DNA from: a virus
Lineage: Duplodnaviria; Caudoviricetes
Length of the DNA: 25,127 nucleotides
Virus record (IMG/VR): IMGVR_UViG_3300038673_000366
Location: 1 to 25,127 of that record
Strand: one strand, 5' to 3'
The notes under the pieces are model-generated. The model did not search any database. It saw only the letters and a list, made by a program, of their open reading frames with translations, and was not told where the DNA came from. Shown here piece after piece: positions 1-8,027 of this stretch. The position numbers were made by a program, and so were the translations under genes. Numbering within the stretch: position 1 is the stretch's first letter; every line of letters begins with the position of its first letter.

Positions 1-3
1 TAG

Positions 4-31
4 TTAAAAGCCCCCACCGTACCATGGGGGC
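4..31 (-). terminator. Probable intrinsic terminator ending the leftward early transcript
   Basis: Minus strand reads GCCCCCA-8 nt loop-TGGGGGC followed by TTTTAA; lies downstream of the minus-strand gene run. Confidence 0.55.
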
Positions 32-174
32 CTACCCTTTTCTAGTTTGGCTTCAGCGGTAACCTTTCATAGTCACTTCCCCTTTTACAGTTGTTTAACC
101 ATTTGTCCCCACCATGGGGTACTCCTCCCGTGGTACGCCGGGAAACACTCAACACCTTATTAGTTGATTGACGT

Positions 175-366
175 TTAGTGAACCAATCGGGGATTCCCCT
201 TAGGTTCATTCCACTCGTCTACCATAACATCAAAAAATGTTCTGGTGCTACCTAAATATTCACTATTTTCGTCCTCTTCTTTATACTCCTCTACCTCATA
301 CCCTAATCTCTGCAGAGTTTCTAAAGCTGCTTGTCTACCGCTTTTTCGCTGCTTCTCAGAGCCCAT
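175..366 (-). CDS. Hypothetical phage protein (63 aa)
   Basis: ORF on the early-gene strand, with GGAGG shortly upstream of the ATG; overlaps the end of the preceding gene. Confidence 0.55.
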   Translation of the reverse strand: MGSEKQRKSGRQAALETLQRLGYEVEEYKEEDENSEYLGSTRTFFDVMVDEWNEPKGNPRLVH

Positions 367-653
367 TGGTATGCCTCCTGTAACTCCTTATTCTTCCTTA
401 ACTTATCAGCTGCCTTGCGTAGGTGGTGCCTAACTGTCGCAGGGTCTACCCCTAATTTGGCTGCGATTTCTTTAATTGTCATCCCGGGGTCTTCCTGCTC
501 TGCCCTGCGCTTAGACTCTTCCTCTTCTTCAACATACTCTTCTGCTTCTTCATAGGTGCAGAAGGTTTTACTGGTTTTCTTATTACGGCGTTTTATTGAC
601 GCCTCATACCTCTTCTCCCCTTTCCGGGTGGTGTATTCTCGTATGTGACCCAT
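321..653 (-). CDS. DNA-binding protein: N-terminal integrase-arm-like domain plus C-terminal sigma70 region-4-like HTH
   Basis: N-terminal MGHIREY..GEKRYEASIKR..SKTFCTYEEAEEY resembles tyrosine-integrase arm-binding segments. C-terminal MTIKEIAAKLGVDPATVRHHLRKA is a classic HTH. Confidence 0.7.
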   Translation of the reverse strand: MGHIREYTTRKGEKRYEASIKRRNKKTSKTFCTYEEAEEYVEEEEESKRRAEQEDPGMTIKEIAAKLGVDPATVRHHLRKAADKLRKNKELQEAYQWALRSSEKAVDKQL

Positions 654-748
654 ACCAAGTTATTCCTTTGCTTTATGGTAAAGGTGAACCCCAAGTAACA
701 ACGCTATCGCTAACATCAACGCCCATAAATCCAAGTGTGTTAAGTCCA

Positions 749-1090
749 TTACAACCGTTTCCCTCCATGCTTATACGGTCTTAACTTGTTATACTCCATC
801 TTCACACCAAGGGCAGTTGCGAGGTCTAATCCATACCTCCCGCAAAAGTCAGCAATCCTGATAACCACATCCGCCAACTCAACCACAAGCCCTTCAGGTT
901 TAGCATTCCCTTCTTTATCCTGCTCAAACCTGACATCTGTTACACCATAACCATCCCTATACTCCTCCAACGCCTCTGATAACTCCGAGTGCATCAACGC
1001 TATACACTCCCCCACACTCCTATCATCATCCCACCATCCATGCTGCAGGGCATTTTGGTGTGCCTCCCTTACTAAATCCTGAATCTTCAT
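749..1090 (-). CDS. MazG-like (all-alpha) NTP pyrophosphohydrolase
   Basis: Motifs IALMHSELSEALEEYR, ELADVVIRIAD and KMEYNKLRPYKHGGK are typical of phage MazG-like proteins. Confidence 0.85.
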   Translation of the reverse strand: MKIQDLVREAHQNALQHGWWDDDRSVGECIALMHSELSEALEEYRDGYGVTDVRFEQDKEGNAKPEGLVVELADVVIRIADFCGRYGLDLATALGVKMEYNKLRPYKHGGKRL

Positions 1091-1518
1091 ACCTCTATAC
1101 CCCTCTTCCTCAGTCCTTTGGCAATTTTAACCGGGTCAGTTTTTGTCTGTCTCCATGGGAGCTTATTCTTTAGAACCTCGATTCCATGTAGGAGCATATA
1201 AAAGAGCCCATAATCAGGGTTGTAGTAGTCGAAATCAATCTCTACAGCATGTTCAATCGTCCTCCCTAACACACGAGAAAAGTACCCACCTACTGTAATC
1301 TCAGCACTAGTACAAGGGACCTGTTCCCTGTAACTATTCCCTAACTTATGGAACCTCGCATACGCATCTGCTGACTCCCTTCCCAACCACTCATCGAACT
1401 CTTCTGTGTTCTCGAAGTAACACCTATCCTCTAACCCTACAATCAGCTCCAATGGAGGAGCCCCTACCCACTCCAACCACTCCCTTACATTCCTTAAGCA
1501 CTGTTCAACTGGTAACAT
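1087..1518 (-). CDS. Hypothetical phage protein (143 aa)
   Basis: Long ORF with a 4-nt overlap with the next gene and a purine-rich RBS. Confidence 0.7.
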   Translation of the reverse strand: MLPVEQCLRNVREWLEWVGAPPLELIVGLEDRCYFENTEEFDEWLGRESADAYARFHKLGNSYREQVPCTSAEITVGGYFSRVLGRTIEHAVEIDFDYYNPDYGLFYMLLHGIEVLKNKLPWRQTKTDPVKIAKGLRKRGIEV

Positions 1519-1533
1519 TAAAGTTTGTCCCCC

Positions 1534-1674
1534 TTAAGTTTTTGTCCTTCGTTTAATTTCCCTCTGCAGCTCCCTCCACTCCTGCTTCATAATTCTCCTT
1601 CTCTCTGCCCTAGGGAGCTTCTTTAACTCCAAATCCCTTTGCTCCCATTTATCCCACCACCCATCATCACTCAT
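1534..1674 (-). CDS. Small basic hypothetical protein (MSDDGWWDKW...)
   Basis: Start reassigned to the ATG at 1674, which overlaps the upstream stop and follows GGGAGGAG. Confidence 0.55.
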   Translation of the reverse strand: MSDDGWWDKWEQRDLELKKLPRAERRRIMKQEWRELQREIKRRTKT

Positions 1675-1879
1675 CAATCTCCTCCCTATCCCATCTATGC
1701 CCACATTCAGGACACTCCCACTCCACCACTTTATCCTTCTTGGTACTGTAAATCCCAATGGTCAAACAAAAGTGTTCAGCACCCCCGAACAACTCCCGTG
1801 ACTTTTCAGGAATAGGGTCTCCTGTCAAATCTGCCCTACACTCAGGACAAGTTGTAGGGGGTTGAGTGTTAGACACCAT
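1667..1879 (-). CDS. Small zinc-ribbon protein
   Basis: CPEC...CPECGHRW motifs; probable start ATG 1879 after AAGGA. Confidence 0.7.
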   Translation of the reverse strand: MVSNTQPPTTCPECRADLTGDPIPEKSRELFGGAEHFCLTIGIYSTKKDKVVEWECPECGHRWDREEIDE

Positions 1880-1939
1880 TACGTATTCCTTACTGGATGT
1901 TTTCACTAGTCTTCTCCTTCGCAAATTCCTCGGTGACGA

Positions 1940-2233
1940 TCATTTCCCCTCCGCTCCATGACGCTCCCCCACCATCTTCCTCAGTGCCCGATTCTCCCGC
2001 TTCAACTTCTCCACCTTGAGCATAAGCTCGGCTTGTGGGGTGTTGGCGTAGTCGCTGAGGATGTCTCTCAGCCGCCGGATCTCGGCGATGAGGGCGTCCC
2101 TGTCCATGGTTTCGATGTCGATCATTTCCCCTCCATCAATAATCTCCACATCCCCTCCGCAATAGGCGCACTCGCCGTACTCGGTTGCCTTGACATGATC
2201 GCCGCACTCAGCGCAGCGGAAGAAGGGGATCAT
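1940..2233 (-). CDS. Zinc-ribbon plus coiled-coil protein
   Basis: CAEC...CAYC followed by a heptad-like C-terminal half; 4-nt overlap with the upstream gene. Confidence 0.7.
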   Translation of the reverse strand: MIPFFRCAECGDHVKATEYGECAYCGGDVEIIDGGEMIDIETMDRDALIAEIRRLRDILSDYANTPQAELMLKVEKLKRENRALRKMVGERHGAEGK

Positions 2234-2685
2234 TTAACCTCCTCTGCGGCTTTGAGGGCTTCGCAGGCAATTAAGTACCCGTCGCAGCATTCCCGCCACG
2301 CGTTTTCATAAGGCCCATAAGCCTCGTCGTACATCCAGTTTTCGCTATCTGCATACTTCTTTAACCCCTCCCGCAGAATCCGCTCCACCTTACACAACCG
2401 ACCAATACCAATTCGTAATTCCTCGCACTCATCCTCCATCGTATCTTTAGGTTCAATACGGTAAGGATTGACATTGAATGCAAACGCCTTAGTATAAGAC
2501 ATTAAATTTTCTAGCACCTCAACCCGCTTCTGGGAGGCAGCGAGTTGGGATTGGAGTTTGAGTATGACCTTTGTGGCGTCTCGCAGGATGACCTCCTCGC
2601 TTCTTGCCATCGACAGGCCAAGTTCAGGGCATTCTGGATATACGGCTTCCGCAAAGGCGATTATGTAATCTGGTGTCTTGCTCAT
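2230..2685 (-). CDS. Hypothetical phage protein with coiled-coil segments
   Basis: 151-aa ORF with ATGA-type overlaps at both ends. Confidence 0.7.
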   Translation of the reverse strand: MSKTPDYIIAFAEAVYPECPELGLSMARSEEVILRDATKVILKLQSQLAASQKRVEVLENLMSYTKAFAFNVNPYRIEPKDTMEDECEELRIGIGRLCKVERILREGLKKYADSENWMYDEAYGPYENAWRECCDGYLIACEALKAAEEVK

Positions 2686-2915
2686 TTCCCCTCCCTCGCC
2701 TTGAGCATGGCGTCGGCCATGCGGTAGGCTTCCATGGCGATATCATCACGGTTGACTACCGTATCATGGATCTCATCGCAGGTTCGCATGATTCCCACAA
2801 CGACCTTTGCCGCGAAGTAATCCCGCAGGGTCATGCCGGGATTAGAGAATTTGTCCTGATTGTACCCGTCGTATTCCAGTGGAAACGCCGGTCCTCCGTC
2901 TTTGATCTCTCCCAT
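2682..2915 (-). CDS. Conserved phage hypothetical protein (DGGPAFP..GMTLRDYFAAK family)
   Basis: Recognisable widespread phage motif DGGPAFP / GMTLRDYFAAK / AYRMADAMLKAR; function unknown. Confidence 0.85.
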   Translation of the reverse strand: MGEIKDGGPAFPLEYDGYNQDKFSNPGMTLRDYFAAKVVVGIMRTCDEIHDTVVNRDDIAMEAYRMADAMLKAREGK

Positions 2916-3049
2916 TACTCCTCCTCCTCCTCAATCCAAGCTTCACAATCGTTACACCACCACCCTTGGCCCGTCCAAAAGTAAGCGTCATAGCTGAAGT
3001 GCGTATCCTCATTCCCGCACATTGGGCATTTTATTCGTCTTTCTTCCAT
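2915..3049 (-). CDS. Small zinc-ribbon protein (44 aa; not in the ORF track)
   Basis: Hand translation MEERRIKCPMCGNEDTHFSYDAYFWTGQGWWCNDCEAWIEEEEE; its TAA overlaps the next ATG (TAATG). Confidence 0.65.
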   Translation of the reverse strand: MEERRIKCPMCGNEDTHFSYDAYFWTGQGWWCNDCEAWIEEEEE

Positions 3050-3243
3050 TCCCTCTCCCATTCTCTCCTCCTCTCAACCTCATACCCATGCCCTTCCCTA
3101 TGCTCCGTCCAACAATCATCACAAATCGTATATTCACACCAAGGACACATCGCCAACCTACTCCTTACCATCTCCCTTTCACACTCTTCACACTCTCCAT
3201 ATCCCTCTTCCTCTTCCTCTACTTCAACTTCCCTCGGCTTCAT
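3031..3243 (-). CDS. Small Cys/His-rich protein with a B-box-like zinc-finger pattern
   Basis: C-x2-C-x11-C-x2-C-x4-C-x2-C-x3-H-x3-H; RBS AGAGGGGGAG upstream. Confidence 0.65.
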   Translation of the reverse strand: MKPREVEVEEEEEGYGECEECEREMVRSRLAMCPWCEYTICDDCWTEHREGHGYEVERRREWEREWKKDE

Positions 3244-3263
3244 ATCTCCCCCTCTTTACATGT

Positions 3264-3293
3264 AAATAAAGAAGGCCCCATATCGGAGGGGCC
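3264..3293 (-). terminator. Intrinsic terminator after the SSB-like gene
   Basis: Minus strand GGCCCC-8 nt-GGGGCC followed by TTCTTTATTT. Confidence 0.7.
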
Positions 3294-3345
3294 GGGCCGC
3301 ACTAACCATTACTCATGATCAGTGATCCTTTACTAAGGGTTAAAG

Positions 3346-4008
3346 TTAAACCGTAAACCTGACAATCCTCACCTGCGCCCTGACTTCCTCTCCGCAATCA
3401 GGACACACAAACGTATCCGCCTTACCACCAGCAGGATTACTCGGGAAGCCCCGATAATTCTTAGCCTTCACAGCACCCTTACTGGCAGTTCCCTTATCTT
3501 CTCCAGAAGCCGCAGCCTTGGCCTCCTCAGGTGTCCCAGCACCCGTAGCTGCCATGAGAGCCTTCTCATAACAACTGGTACAGAACCCTCTCCAATCAAT
3601 CTGCACCTTGAACGGCGCAGCAGGCCCCCGATCATGCAGCCCATGGAGTGCCACGCTATACTCCCTATTACTCCTAGGAGCCTGCGGGATACCAGCACTC
3701 TTGATAAGATCCATCAACTGACTGGTACGCCTCCCATCCTGCTTTCTCTCAAACTCTGTATTACTCAGCCTCTGCCAAGTAATAGCCCTATCGTCATACT
3801 CCCCACCAATGATCCTCAAATCAATGGTAGCCGAATACCGTTTCCCCTTCTGGGTATCAAACTCCTTTTCCTCCCGAATCTCCGAAACATACACCGAATA
3901 GGTAGCTGCCGGGGGAGGGGGAGCAAACTCAGGTGCGGGTGCCCAATCATCAAAATCACTCTGACTGAGTTCAAGAGGTTCATCACTGAAATTCATCGGT
4001 TCACTCAT
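3346..4008 (-). CDS. Putative ssDNA-binding (OB-fold/DUF669-like) protein with a zinc-binding CxxC pair
   Basis: PPPPAATY.V.V..IRE start and IIGGEYDDR.ITW are DUF669-like; sits directly after the Sak4-like ATPase; contains CTSC and CPDC. Confidence 0.6.
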   Translation of the reverse strand: MSEPMNFSDEPLELSQSDFDDWAPAPEFAPPPPAATYSVYVSEIREEKEFDTQKGKRYSATIDLRIIGGEYDDRAITWQRLSNTEFERKQDGRRTSQLMDLIKSAGIPQAPRSNREYSVALHGLHDRGPAAPFKVQIDWRGFCTSCYEKALMAATGAGTPEEAKAAASGEDKGTASKGAVKAKNYRGFPSNPAGGKADTFVCPDCGEEVRAQVRIVRFTV

Positions 4009-4049
4009 TGTCTTATCCTTTATGTTATTGATTGTTGTTAACTAAAACA

Positions 4050-4958
4050 CTAACTAATCCCTAAGTCCGCTTTCAACTTAGTTTGTGCTTTCTGGTGGCT
4101 CTCTCCTAATTTCTCCAGAAATGTATACACCGAAGCCTCATCTCCTTCCAGAAACTCCGGTAAGGGAGAATAGAAGTGACCCCTATTCTTTGCAATATAA
4201 GGAATCCCATCATCCTCAAAGTGGTTAGTAAGGTACAACCGTCTTTCTACCTTCCCCTTCTTCAATCCTCCTTGTCCTGTAAGGTAAAGGTGTAGGGTGT
4301 TATCAAACCAAGCCCCAGCACTCGCCGTCTTGGCCTTCCCAATCACCTCAGGCCCATACATAGGCAACCGGGTGTTATCATCAGTACTCTTAAGCTCAAG
4401 GGCGGTCCACATTACGTACACCCCCATGATCCCTTTACTCAACCCAACAAAGTCCTCAATTCTCTGTTGGATATTCCCATAATGAGCCATGCTGGGAGAC
4501 CCAAAATTCGTCCCCCCATCCTTGAACTTCATAGGTTGACTGGAAATCTTAAACAACCCCGCTGCCTCTGCATTGGTCATGTAGCTCATTAACCACTGAC
4601 ATCCCTCAGTAATCCCATCGTACACAACTCCCCCAACATCCTTCCAATCCTTCTGCTTATCGGTCGGAATCAAGGGAGATTTAGGATCATCAGGATCAGA
4701 TGGCCACCAACCTTCACACAGCTTCTTGAGGGTCTCAACTGGATACTCTCTCCCCCTGACATAGGTGGGAACAACAATCCCTACATCCACGGCAGGTTGG
4801 ATAGAAGTCCATCCCCCACCACTCATACTCACCAATCTGGTTTTCTTGCCTGTGTTTTTGTGGATATACTTCGCTAACTCTTGAGCCTGAGTGGTCTTTC
4901 CGGCCCCACTCACCCCATATATCAATAGGGACTCAATACACTTCCCTGCTGTGCTCAT
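4050..4958 (-). CDS. Sak4-like / AAA_24 RecA-family ATPase (ssDNA annealing)
   Basis: Walker A LLIYGVSGAGKTT, Walker B VVYDGITE, WTALE and AKNR motifs; flanked by the exonuclease and SSB-like genes. Confidence 0.8.
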   Translation of the reverse strand: MSTAGKCIESLLIYGVSGAGKTTQAQELAKYIHKNTGKKTRLVSMSGGGWTSIQPAVDVGIVVPTYVRGREYPVETLKKLCEGWWPSDPDDPKSPLIPTDKQKDWKDVGGVVYDGITEGCQWLMSYMTNAEAAGLFKISSQPMKFKDGGTNFGSPSMAHYGNIQQRIEDFVGLSKGIMGVYVMWTALELKSTDDNTRLPMYGPEVIGKAKTASAGAWFDNTLHLYLTGQGGLKKGKVERRLYLTNHFEDDGIPYIAKNRGHFYSPLPEFLEGDEASVYTFLEKLGESHQKAQTKLKADLGIS

Positions 4959-5136
4959 CGTCTATCTCCTCATTTTGAAGTTCTGGTAATTGAGGGTTAC
5001 ACCACATACAATATTTTAATTTAACATCATCAAATAAAGGATGTACAGTCACCTCCCTTCCACAGTTACAACATTTAACCTGTTTATACCCATTGAGTAA
5101 TCCCCACTTTTGATAACCGCAAACAACATACTTCAT
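4933..5136 (-). CDS. Small Cys-rich zinc-binding protein (67 aa)
   Basis: Start reassigned to ATG 5136 after AAGGAGGA; CCNC...H...CMWC. Confidence 0.6.
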   Translation of the reverse strand: MKYVVCGYQKWGLLNGYKQVKCCNCGREVTVHPLFDDVKLKYCMWCNPQLPELQNEEIDDEHSREVY

Positions 5137-5179
5137 TTCCTCCTTTGCTGCTATCAGGTACCGCAGAGTATGTCTTACC

Positions 5180-6352
5180 CTAATCTTCTTCCTTCCACCC
5201 ATCGAATTCCGAGGGATGATGCGGCGGCCTTTGTACATATCCTCCACTCTCCAGTGGATCACTGATACTCCCGTAACAAATCCCCAAATACGGACATTTT
5301 TTACGGTACTGGTTACTAAAACAAAACTTATCCAGTCTTGCTGGGAATATGGAGGCCATAACCTCCGTAGCTATCTCTTCAGTAGGTTCCTCTTCATTGA
5401 GGCGAATAACCCCCATCTGAATAGTCCCTTGTCTAAAAGCAACCTGCCTTTGCCACTCTTCCAGTTCCTTGTTACTCCTATAAACCACCGAATTGAACAG
5501 ACACCCTTCCATTACATCCTCAGGTAACTGGTCAACCCACTTATCCATACCCATAGTATAGGTATCAAACGCTTCCCAATCCTTCTTCCTTCCCAAGGAG
5601 GAATCAAACCCATACTCTTCCTCCCCAAACGCACCTTTCATCCTGTACGCCCTAACCAATGGAGAGTAATAAACATACTCCCCATCCTGATTCTTCTTCT
5701 TCATTCCCTTGTACAAAAACTCCATCATCACCCCAGCAGGGTCTTCCCCATACACATGCCTCACATCCAGTGCATGACTTAGAACCTGTGTACTGTATCT
5801 CCATGCCTCTATGTAATCCTCACTGATCCACCCAGTTGTTTTGAATTCCGGGCCAGCGAATATACTATTATCCGCTCTCCGCTGCAGAATCCCATCCAAC
5901 CGGCTCATCAGTACCTGCCCGGGGGCAAAGGGGATCTCGTGTTCCTGCTCAGATGCGATCACCTTATACTGCTCCAATAACTTCGGGAGCCGTACAATAG
6001 TCCACACCCTCGCCAGCCCCTCAGCCAAAGCGGCTTGACGGTTCATCTCCAGAGTTAAATCCCCTGAAAACTCATCAAACCCCTTACTATTTATCTCCTC
6101 CCTATACTCTCTCTTAGCCTCCTCACAGAACTCATTAACCTCCCCCCTTCCCGGTACATCATCCTTCTCCTTGGCATACTTCATAACCCTTTCAAGTATC
6201 CCGTGGGTAAGTGTCCCGGTACTTTGAGCGATGTCGAGCCCTGCCCTGACTATCCCGGTTCCTCCATAATAATATTGAAGGTAACACTTCCGTGGACAAT
6301 CAACATAGGTCTCATCGTGGCTTCGAGAGAACTTCCAGACTCTCTCCTCCAT
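5180..6352 (-). CDS. PD-(D/E)XK exonuclease, Cas4/AddB-like, with probable Fe-S staple
   Basis: N-terminal CPRKCYLQY, GTLTH, RLDG..EFKT, Q..SH, and C-terminal C-x8-CPY-x3-C cluster. Confidence 0.85.
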   Translation of the reverse strand: MEERVWKFSRSHDETYVDCPRKCYLQYYYGGTGIVRAGLDIAQSTGTLTHGILERVMKYAKEKDDVPGRGEVNEFCEEAKREYREEINSKGFDEFSGDLTLEMNRQAALAEGLARVWTIVRLPKLLEQYKVIASEQEHEIPFAPGQVLMSRLDGILQRRADNSIFAGPEFKTTGWISEDYIEAWRYSTQVLSHALDVRHVYGEDPAGVMMEFLYKGMKKKNQDGEYVYYSPLVRAYRMKGAFGEEEYGFDSSLGRKKDWEAFDTYTMGMDKWVDQLPEDVMEGCLFNSVVYRSNKELEEWQRQVAFRQGTIQMGVIRLNEEEPTEEIATEVMASIFPARLDKFCFSNQYRKKCPYLGICYGSISDPLESGGYVQRPPHHPSEFDGWKEED

Positions 6353-6522
6353 TATTCCTCCTCTTTAACCTCAGCCTTCTTCCCATACATTGAATCAAAA
6401 AGTTTCTCCAGTGCATTGAACGCTCTCCGCTTCGTCCCATACACAAACACCTTGTCTTCTCCTTCCACATTGACCATCACTTCATCGTCTTCACACCAAA
6501 TACTCATCTTACCCTCAGTCAT
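6352..6522 (-). CDS. Small hypothetical protein (56 aa; not in the ORF track)
   Basis: MTEGKMSIWCEDDEVMVNVEGEDKVFVYGTKRRAFNALEKLF...; AAAGGA RBS; TAATG coupling to the exonuclease. Confidence 0.55.
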   Translation of the reverse strand: MTEGKMSIWCEDDEVMVNVEGEDKVFVYGTKRRAFNALEKLFDSMYGKKAEVKEEE

Positions 6523-6556
6523 CTTAGTCCTTTCTTTTATTGTATATTGTTTAGGT

Positions 6557-6751
6557 TTACTTCTTACTCAACCACTCCAACACAACCCGCCGCAACATCA
6601 GAGCCAATGGCATATGCTCCTTCTCAGCCTCTTTTTCCAACTTAATAAATGAAGAGGGGAGGAACCTTATATACACAGCCTTTTCCAATAGCTCCTTTGT
6701 GCGGGGTGCGCGGGGGCGGCCACTCTTTTTACTGACTTTTTTGATTCCCAT
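6557..6751 (-). CDS. Small basic ribbon-helix-helix-like transcription regulator
   Basis: GRPRAP AT-hook-like segment, then AVYIRF (beta ribbon) and LEKEAEKEHMPLALMLRRVVLEWL (two helices); first gene of a divergent unit. Confidence 0.6.
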   Translation of the reverse strand: MGIKKVSKKSGRPRAPRTKELLEKAVYIRFLPSSFIKLEKEAEKEHMPLALMLRRVVLEWLSKK

Positions 6752-6758
6752 GCCCCCC

Positions 6759-6788
6759 ATAATAATGACGTTTGGGGGAGGTTGTCAA
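6759..6788 (-). promoter_or_regulatory. Sigma70-type leftward promoter
   Basis: TTGACA (6788-6783), 18-nt spacer, TATTAT (6764-6759). Confidence 0.65.
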
Positions 6789-6859
6789 CAAAAAAATTCG
6801 CGCCGTTTGAAAATTTTCAGCAATTTTTGATTGCGCTCCCAAAATTGAGCGGATTTCAG

Positions 6860-6889
6860 TTGACACCGCATGAACACTAGCGATAAGCT
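6860..6889 (+). promoter_or_regulatory. Sigma70-type rightward promoter for the rep helicase
   Basis: TTGACA at 6860, 18-nt spacer, TAAGCT. Confidence 0.5.
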
Positions 6890-6953
6890 GGATAAGCAAG
6901 AGGGAGATGTTCTTCACCAAACCTTCACCATTCTCGACGGGGGATGGTTAATC

Positions 6954-7011
6954 AATAAGAAGGGAACCTATGCTAATCTCCCATGGGTTCCCTTCTTATT
7001 TCAGGAGATTA
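6954..7011 (+). promoter_or_regulatory. Structured rep leader: 19-bp hairpin whose loop is complementary to the rep SD
   Basis: Stem 6954-6972 pairs with 6982-7000 (18 Watson-Crick, 1 G-U). Loop TAATCTCC (6974-6981) is the reverse complement of GGAGATTA (7004-7011). Confidence 0.6.
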
Positions 7012-7014
7012 TTC

Positions 7015-8019
7015 ATGGCAAAACCCAAGTTCCATTCAGTTTCCGACCCGGCTCCACTCCAAGATCTCATTCCCGGCTTAGCACCAAAACACCACATCAC
7101 AGTCCTAAGCGGTGACTCATATGTAGGCAAAACCCGCTTGGCCTTACGAATGGCCGAAGCCTTCGTCAAAGGCATAGGGTTCTTCTGGGACCCCCTACCC
7201 CCTATGAAGGTAGGCTATTTCAGTGAAAGAAGCGCAGCAAGCGTTGTACGCCAAGCAAATGACCAAGCAATAGACCTCTCAGAAGTCACCTTCGTCACCC
7301 TCCTTGACCTCCCCAAGTCCGAAGAAGAGATGTACATGACTCAGAGCCTCCAGTGGCTCGATAGAGTCCTTGCCCAATATTCCTTTGACATTATATTCCT
7401 CGACACATTTGGCCACTTCCTCCCCGCTTACGCACGTTCCAAGGGAGCCTTAAACGACTACGGCTTAATGACTAAGGCCACAATCGAACTCCAACGCCTG
7501 TGTATGCGCCACAAAGTCACCCCCATTTGTCTCTACCATAATGCCAAAGAAAAGGTCGGTTCTGAGTTTAAGTCCTTCAAAGCCAAGGTTTCCGGTTCAG
7601 CAGCCATCACAGCCAACACCCTCGCCGTCTGGTCCCTCTCCGAATATGAAGGCCCTACAGACGCTGAGGAGGAAGAAGAAGTAAAATACCGCCAGCTGGA
7701 CATAGCCTACCACCACGCCCCTGACCAAGTACTTTACTTCCGCACCCTCCCCAATGGCTCCTTCCTCAAAATAGACCGCATCGAAGCCGACACCCCAGCC
7801 GCCACCAAATCCTCCACCCGTGAGTCCGAAGTCCTCTCAATGATCCCTGACTCAGGGATAACTCGTAAGGAGTTAGTTGATAAAATTCAGGAAAATTTGG
7901 GCCTTGGTAGAACCCGGACACAGAATATTATCAAAAAATTGCTGGATTCCCGTAACCTCTTTACAACTCAATCAGATAGCGGCGAAATCATAAAAATCCG
8001 AAAGGTCGCTCTGGTATAG
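7015..8019 (+). CDS. RepA-like (AAA_25, RecA-fold) replicative helicase with C-terminal winged HTH
   Basis: Walker A LSGDSYVGKT, YFSE, Walker B IIFLDTF, LYHNAK, SGSAAI, and C-terminal ITRKELVDKIQENLGLGRTRTQNIIKKL. Start reassigned to ATG 7015 after AGGAGA. Confidence 0.8.
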   Translation: MAKPKFHSVSDPAPLQDLIPGLAPKHHITVLSGDSYVGKTRLALRMAEAFVKGIGFFWDPLPPMKVGYFSERSAASVVRQANDQAIDLSEVTFVTLLDLPKSEEEMYMTQSLQWLDRVLAQYSFDIIFLDTFGHFLPAYARSKGALNDYGLMTKATIELQRLCMRHKVTPICLYHNAKEKVGSEFKSFKAKVSGSAAITANTLAVWSLSEYEGPTDAEEEEEVKYRQLDIAYHHAPDQVLYFRTLPNGSFLKIDRIEADTPAATKSSTRESEVLSMIPDSGITRKELVDKIQENLGLGRTRTQNIIKKLLDSRNLFTTQSDSGEIIKIRKVALV

Positions 8020-8027
8020 GGTGTAAA

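Noticed and set aside
35-170. Possible small structured RNA (short GC hairpins at ~107-142)
   Set aside because: Stems are short, with no recognisable tRNA or ncRNA family features; not supportable.
5180-6352. Cas4-like nuclease as evidence of a CRISPR-Cas system
   Set aside because: No cas1/cas2 or repeat-spacer array; the context is the usual phage exonuclease-Sak4-SSB recombination module.
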